A stretch of 64,000 nucleotides of DNA from Candidatus Cloacimonadales bacterium (GTDB lineage Bacteria > Cloacimonadota > Cloacimonadia > Cloacimonadales > JAFGVF01). The stretch is taken from assembly GCA_963667035.1 (NCBI GenBank), contig OY762964.1:2944001-3008000 (forward strand), in the 5' to 3' direction. Shown in pieces: positions 60,601-64,000 of this stretch. The notes under the pieces were generated by a model. The model was not told where the DNA came from, searched no databases, and saw only the letters and a program-made list of their open reading frames with translations. Position numbers and translations under genes: made by a program. How positions within the stretch are numbered: position 1 is the first letter of the stretch; the number at the start of each line of letters is the position of its first letter.

Positions 60601-61015
60601 TAGTGGAAGTAACATTAACTGAAGAACCGATCGCTGTCCATTCTCCTGAAGTGCTTCCAACCTGGTATTCTACAATAAACTCAATAGGTTCACTTGGAAC
60701 GTTTCCATCCCAATGTCTATACCAGAAAGAGATAGTACCGAGACCACCGTCTTTACCATTTCCGTCTAAACCTTTAAACAGAAGGTATTCCATAATTGTA
60801 CTTGAGTCATCATTAAATCTGACTGCTTTTCCGGAACGAGCATAGGTTTCATGAACCATTGCATTGTTGTTTTCCCATGTTCCTATGCCATCATGTGTGT
60901 ATTCCACAACACCGGCATAAGAGCCATCAGACCATGCGTCAAAGTTTTCAGTGAAGTCTGCAAACAAAACTAAACTGAATACAAGGATTGCAAAAGAAAG
61001 AAATATTCTCTTCAT
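54674..61015 (-). CDS. 2113-aa secreted repeat protein: three lamin-tail domains, three chitobiase C-terminal/Fn3-associated domains, Ig-like and OB-fold-like repeats
   Basis: Three ISEY(I/L)EGSSNNKA.EIYN...FNGDDAMGL...HTLIRK; three IYYT.DG..P...STLY; repeated TADITDDDGIASATL.WG; two LRAG..DGT.YCLT...QKY.QDATG.ILIDD. Confidence 0.85.
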   Translation of the reverse strand: MKRIFLSFAILVFSLVLFADFTENFDAWSDGSYAGVVEYTHDGIGTWENNNAMVHETYARSGKAVRFNDDSSTIMEYLLFKGLDGNGKDGGLGTISFWYRHWDGNVPSEPIEFIVEYQVGSTSGEWTAIGSSVNVTSTTYTEYSETVNLPGDDIFFRIRNIEDKERLLIDDLTVTDYSGGAVTTPIISGISNTPDTPSPSEDCVISATITDDGSITSAEINWGLTSGSLTNTVSMSLDSGDIYTGTIPAQADGATVYYTVSATDNDTNTETSDERSYNVVLPIVSTPYFTPDGGIYSETQSVEIFCSTVGASIYYTIDGSEPTEASTLYSTAISISETTTVKAKAYLVGYGPSSVSESTYDFSVAEPANIYISEYIEGSSNNKAIEIYNAGDNDVNLGFVEFWRISNGGDWAEGATNAVTLSGTLAPGEVYVICNSSAIAEIQALSDLVGTTVCYFNGDDAMGLAYNGTLVDVVGAEGADPGTGWDVAGETAATVDHTLIRKTTGFATTDWLTSAGTSATDSQWIVSTINDYSNLGSPTPPPAANPAPVITNVANTPEVPAATEVITVTADITDDDGIASATLNWGLASDAMTNNVAMTLNRATYTAEIPAQAGGSTVYYEIVAVDANLEPATTTSSTYNYSIISTVNVSDIATLRAGTTDGTVYCLTEEAILTYQQTYRNQKYVQDATGGILIDDNSGFVTTAYNVNDGITGLRGTLSEYGGMLQFSPVSDPGVATSTSNTITPAIVTISDLTAGFETYEAQVVTVNDVSFVETGNFANGVVYTLTDGTNNYNFRTTFYDVDYIGTVIPSGAVTLSGIMNSRTDGEYISARDAADIVTSTVPVVATPTFTPEAGTYADTQSVQILCDTVDALIYYTTDGTDPDEASTLYTGAISISETTTVKARAYKVDYTESIVAEAIYTIEEINVPNIFISEYLEGSSNNKAFEIYNADTVPVDLSMVQVWRISNGGDWVEGATNATTLTGTLNPGEVWVNVNSSAIPEIQALADSVGSSITYFNGDDAMGLAYNGILIDVVGTEGVDPGNGWAVAGIADATANHTLIRKSTVTEGTTDWTLSAGTDLSDSQWIVLGEDDYSNLGQTTANFNELPVITNILVNPAAPEVGMNVTITADVTDDSAVSNVELKYGTASGVYGTTVSMNTRSTYSATLSGLVAGTYYFVVEATDDDTAITTSSEQSFTITEPTPTEGIIVSTNELSFEAEVGSTSASQEYTLQGVDLVDVINIEVSGPFEVSDNALSWDTEIYDLDPDFDGTIWVRYTATVSGEETGTITHMSDGFDNVVINLTGTGSLPLVDIFNEDFEATTLGNWTPYSVVGDQYWYTTSYSENYYAYINGYSGVATNNEDWLISPQVNFNAYDNEQFSFDSAYNYSGPAIEVYVSTDYIDDPTTANWTMLNPVLSTGGFAWANSGIIDLSGYVGSGRIAFKYTSNPTDGAAAWEVDNILLQGTVIEGVNIAPAITNVISTPDIPTSTDIVTVTADITDDDGIASATLYWGVASDALTNSVNMSLNRATYTANIPAQAGGTVVYYKVSATDSNVGPMTGESSVNNYSVMTEVTNIAALRAGSADGTYYCLTGEVVITFQQSYRNQKYIQDATGAILIDDSTGNITTIYNLYDGITGICGTLSPYGGMLQFVPSNDPGVATSTGNTVTPVVLTLSDLSTSFESYEAQVVTVNNVSFVETGSFANGTVYTLSDGVDSYNFRSTFYDVDYIGTAIPTQPVNVTGILNSRSEGEFFTSRFLTDLDVITTVVATPTFSPGTGTYSETQSVEILCDTAEASIYYTTDGTDPDETSTLYTIAINVSETTTLKAKAYKVGFTPSNIGEAVYTIVEPTEVNIYISEYIEGSSNNKAIEIYNAGADPVDLSLVEFWRISNGGDWVEGETNAVALSGTLAAGDVYVVCNSSAIAEIQAVADLVGTTICYFNGDDAMGLAYNGVLIDVVGTEGADPGTGWDVADVTNATVDHTLIRKETVTGATTDWTTSAGTDASNSQWIVNDIDDYSNLGYPTGQGGVVTPDVVVNLAIAHSENGRVLTWDTATNATTYKVYSSSNPFADLNLWVLETIVTDATWTDTDNVNKKFYRIVSSTDTLPVRSRR

Positions 61016-61297
61016 CTTTTTTGCTCCTCTCCTTTTTTAGTGATTATTTATTACATGATTAAAACCGAGAATACGGTTGATAAATTATCGATATTAATGT
61101 GTGCTTTTTACAAAGCAGACTCTACATTACTTACCAAGCAAGGGTGTATTACACACTTACTTGATTGAACTAAACTCTTGAAAAGTCTCATGTCAAGCAA
61201 AATAGAGCTATACACGGTTAAATTTTAGTTAAGCATAAATCTTTACCATTCAATAATATATGCTGTGTGCAACTAGCTTTTTCACAAACGACTATAT

Positions 61298-62131
61298 TCA
61301 ATCAACATAACTCACAAATTCTGAAATCTTTCTTCGCTCAGGCAGGGGTAGTAGCTTAGTCGGATAACCTACGGGAGTGAGCATTGAGATATAGTGAGTT
61401 TCAGGAATCCCTAGAAGAGATTTAACCTCATCTCTATCCATATCAGTGATCCAACAACCACCTAATCCATTATTTTCAAGAGCAAGAAGAAGATAGCTAC
61501 CGGCAATAATCGCATCAGATTTAATTCTTTTAGTTTTATCCGGATTAACACATGTAGCAATCACTATATCTGACTTTCCTAATGGACCTGAAGCAGATTC
61601 CCTAATCATAGAGAGTTCTTTAATAATCGACTTATTTCTAACTACAATGTAGTAGAAAGATTCACTATTTCTACTTGTAGGCGAATAGCGACATTCTTCA
61701 AAAACATTATTCAATACTTCTTCTGAAACAGAAGCACCGGTAAAACTACGATAACTTCTTCGCTGTTTCAGCAAATCAGTTCCATTATAATAAGAGTTTA
61801 TAGGGTGTTTAAATGTTTGGAATTCAATTTTTCTACCCTCAGGGTCATAGCTATAGAAATGATAGATGTTATAATTTGGATTATAATGTGGTGTGTTTAT
61901 AGGTTCAAGTTTAGAAGCCATTTGTTCAACTTCCTCCCTTGATGTGTAAAAGAATGTTATTAGCATATCCAAATCAGACTTATCACTTTTACATATTCCC
62001 AATAGTAGGTTTCCATGTCTAACTATGCAAATGTCCTCTTGTTCCAACCAGACAGTACAGCCTAAAGTTATAAGGTAAAAATTTCTTAAGACTTCGAACA
62101 TTGTAGTCTTAAAAAATACTATTCCGCCCAT
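61298..62131 (-). CDS. VOC/glyoxalase-like domain fused to a nitroreductase domain
   Basis: N-terminal FY...LG...YHFYSYDPEGRKIEFQ; C-terminal RRSYRSF, SPTSRN, GLGGCWI, PVGYP. Confidence 0.82.
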   Translation of the reverse strand: MGGIVFFKTTMFEVLRNFYLITLGCTVWLEQEDICIVRHGNLLLGICKSDKSDLDMLITFFYTSREEVEQMASKLEPINTPHYNPNYNIYHFYSYDPEGRKIEFQTFKHPINSYYNGTDLLKQRRSYRSFTGASVSEEVLNNVFEECRYSPTSRNSESFYYIVVRNKSIIKELSMIRESASGPLGKSDIVIATCVNPDKTKRIKSDAIIAGSYLLLALENNGLGGCWITDMDRDEVKSLLGIPETHYISMLTPVGYPTKLLPLPERRKISEFVSYVD

Positions 62132-62334
62132 TACTTCTCCTATTAACTCTTTAGTACGCTAACTTAGAAATGCGTAACATTTAGCCTGTGTTTAGTAGAA
62201 GAATACTGTCAATTGAAATTGTTAACAAGAATCAAACGGTCTTAACAATTAAGCTTGTGATAGGTAATTAGCTGTTTGTAAATTAATTGTTAAGGCAAAT
62301 CTATATTATTATGGAAACTCTAGATAATTTAAAA

Positions 62335-62363
62335 AGGGTAGATGCATTATCACATCTACCCTT
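62335..62363 (-). terminator. Intrinsic terminator after the LruC-type gene
   Basis: aagggtagatg...catctaccctt with an adjacent A-tract (T-run on the minus strand). Confidence 0.7.
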
Positions 62364-62382
62364 GAATATTTTGTCCCTTAGA

Positions 62383-64000
62383 CTATGGTATCATGTAGAT
62401 TTTAGTATTGTCTCTATATCCTTCTTCGTCTGAATACCAAGCAGGATAAACAGCACCTGAGCTTTCTGCCCAAGGTTTGAATTTAAGATATGCTTCAGTT
62501 ACCTGCTTTCTCTCATATGGGTGATCCCAACTGCTAGCAATATTGATCGCCCAAGGAAGGTTATTAGCAGTTCTATAGTATCTGCTTGCAGGTATGACCG
62601 AATTATCATCTCCGGTATTAAACAAGCTCAAATCTGCCTGATCTGTTGGAGGCATATCAGGAAGATGAACTTCCTTACTTCTATTTCTATCTATGAATAT
62701 GAATGGATTGAATGGCTGTTGCCATTGCCAGGCTCCTGAATTTGTTATATATGTATTGAACTTAATATCTACAGCAAATTCGGCAGGGGTTACATAACTT
62801 GCACCATATTCCGTATTAATGAAATTAGCTCCATTATTTGGCATTAGATCATTAGAGTTGTGAACAAAAACTATAGTAGCTTTACTTCCGCTTTCTAATT
62901 GAGGTACGAAGTTAGCGTTGGAAACAATATCTGAATATGTTAGAGTGTCTGAACCATCTATTACGGTGATACTCTCAATCAAGTCAGAGCTGAATGGGAA
63001 TTGAACTGCAAAACCATTCTGATATCTTGCACCAATTGCCATAAGTTTAAATTCTGCTATCAAATGAGAAATCGTATTGCCTGGAAGAGTATGGTAGAAG
63101 AAGTTATAATCAATTACCATATCATTAAAATCATAGTCACCCATATTTGGCCACAAGTCTTCATACGCTAGTGTTGAGAAAGTATGGTCATTTGTTTCAA
63201 AGGCTTTTGTCGGATCATCCGGGAAATCGTCAAAAACATCAGATACATCATCACCATCTCTATCTTCAGGTTCGTCAATAGGAGGAATATCAATAATTTC
63301 TACTGATTCTATCGGATTAGCTGTTGCATAGAATACTGCATCGTTGTAGTCATTGTCTCCAAATGGAACTTCTAAGTCTTCAAAAGCAAACAATAATTTC
63401 TCATATTCGCCGTCATAAACGAGAATACTCTGTTGAATTGAATTATGATTTAGCTCATAATTTGAATACCAAGTATCTTCAGTAATATTCGCTTGGTTGT
63501 ATCTCCAACCGTTACTCATTAGTACCCAAGCGATAACAGTGCCTTCATCAAATTGTCCTAAGTATACTTTATCACCGGGAGTTAAATCTCCACCACTACC
63601 CCACATTGAAACATTAGGGAAAATCACTTTAATTGAATCGATATCCGCTACCGATGTTGGTGGATTATCTGCCTGATATGTGTAGTAACCTAAACTGTTT
63701 TTATTACCTGCACCTTCATGCACAAAGGTAACCCATAAATCAGCAGGTTGGTCAATAAGTACAACATTCAACTGATTATCAGGGCTCAAATAGTCCGGGT
63801 GATAATCTTGTAAAGGTTTGCCTTCCGGTAATGTAGCATTAACTTTTTCCAAGAAGCCTTGTTCAAGAACATCAAAATCCATTCCGATAGGTGCACCGTT
63901 GTAATTATATGGTAATACATAACTGAGTGTAGATTTGGGAGGAGTTACAGCTTCTTTACTAATCTCAGCTTTCGCACCGAACGTATAAGAAACTAATCCA
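62383..64000 (-). CDS. LruC-domain (DUF4842/DUF4114-like) protein; partial, open to the right edge
   Basis: TFVHEGAGNKNSLGYY, AFEDL..GDNDYNDAVF, AYEDLWPNMGDYDFNDMV, KEVHLPDMPPT, LPWAI; the frame stays open upstream of 63882 to the window end. Confidence 0.85.
   Translation of the reverse strand, partial: GLVSYTFGAKAEISKEAVTPPKSTLSYVLPYNYNGAPIGMDFDVLEQGFLEKVNATLPEGKPLQDYHPDYLSPDNQLNVVLIDQPADLWVTFVHEGAGNKNSLGYYTYQADNPPTSVADIDSIKVIFPNVSMWGSGGDLTPGDKVYLGQFDEGTVIAWVLMSNGWRYNQANITEDTWYSNYELNHNSIQQSILVYDGEYEKLLFAFEDLEVPFGDNDYNDAVFYATANPIESVEIIDIPPIDEPEDRDGDDVSDVFDDFPDDPTKAFETNDHTFSTLAYEDLWPNMGDYDFNDMVIDYNFFYHTLPGNTISHLIAEFKLMAIGARYQNGFAVQFPFSSDLIESITVIDGSDTLTYSDIVSNANFVPQLESGSKATIVFVHNSNDLMPNNGANFINTEYGASYVTPAEFAVDIKFNTYITNSGAWQWQQPFNPFIFIDRNRSKEVHLPDMPPTDQADLSLFNTGDDNSVIPASRYYRTANNLPWAINIASSWDHPYERKQVTEAYLKFKPWAESSGAVYPAWYSDEEGYRDNTKIYMIP

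Noticed and set aside
61020..61200. Hairpin-rich leader of the 2113-aa gene as a riboswitch
   Set aside because: Only short AT-rich stems; no recognisable aptamer consensus or terminator.
62241..62294. 12-bp inverted repeat cttaacaattaa/ttaattgttaag with TTAACA hexamers
   Set aside because: Very AT-rich and not in 11-bp register, so chance occurrence cannot be excluded.

Overview
AT-rich bacterial chromosome segment. The gene content suggests an FCB-group diderm, most likely Ca. Cloacimonadota; this is an inference from secreted proteins with YPNP-type C-terminal sorting domains, two PorV-like barrels and an LruC-type protein. Left to right: a partial secreted M6-peptidase-like/FG-GAP protein with a broken zinc motif; a Na/Pi cotransporter; a type I restriction-modification operon (hsdM-hsdS-[RAYT]-hsdR) colonised by a REP-associated tyrosine transposase and copies of a ~118-bp four-hairpin REP module; an IS481/IS1202-like element with a 15-bp target duplication inside a 201-bp direct duplication; rarD; two convergent small-RNA candidates; leuS; a K+ channel with a cNMP-binding protein; a long envelope/housekeeping run (wecA-like, MBL hydrolase, TPR lipoprotein, uvrD, two porV-like genes, dxr, PTS IIA, glyS); a candidate sigma54-driven sRNA with two anti-Shine-Dalgarno motifs; a PAP2 phosphatase; large secreted multidomain proteins; a porin-pstSCAB-phoU operon divergent from phoA with an 11-bp-periodic Pho-box-like array; efp; IS remnants around an attC-like hairpin; a pseudo-rhomboid; a VOC-nitroreductase fusion; and a partial LruC-type gene. 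The most striking signal is the RAYT/REP system woven through the RM locus: direct repeats flank the RAYT, an inverted copy precedes hsdM, REP hairpins are inserted in frame inside hsdM, and a duplication breaks in a REP loop. No rRNA, tRNA or CRISPR array was seen. All calls are by-eye motif recognition; no database searches were run.
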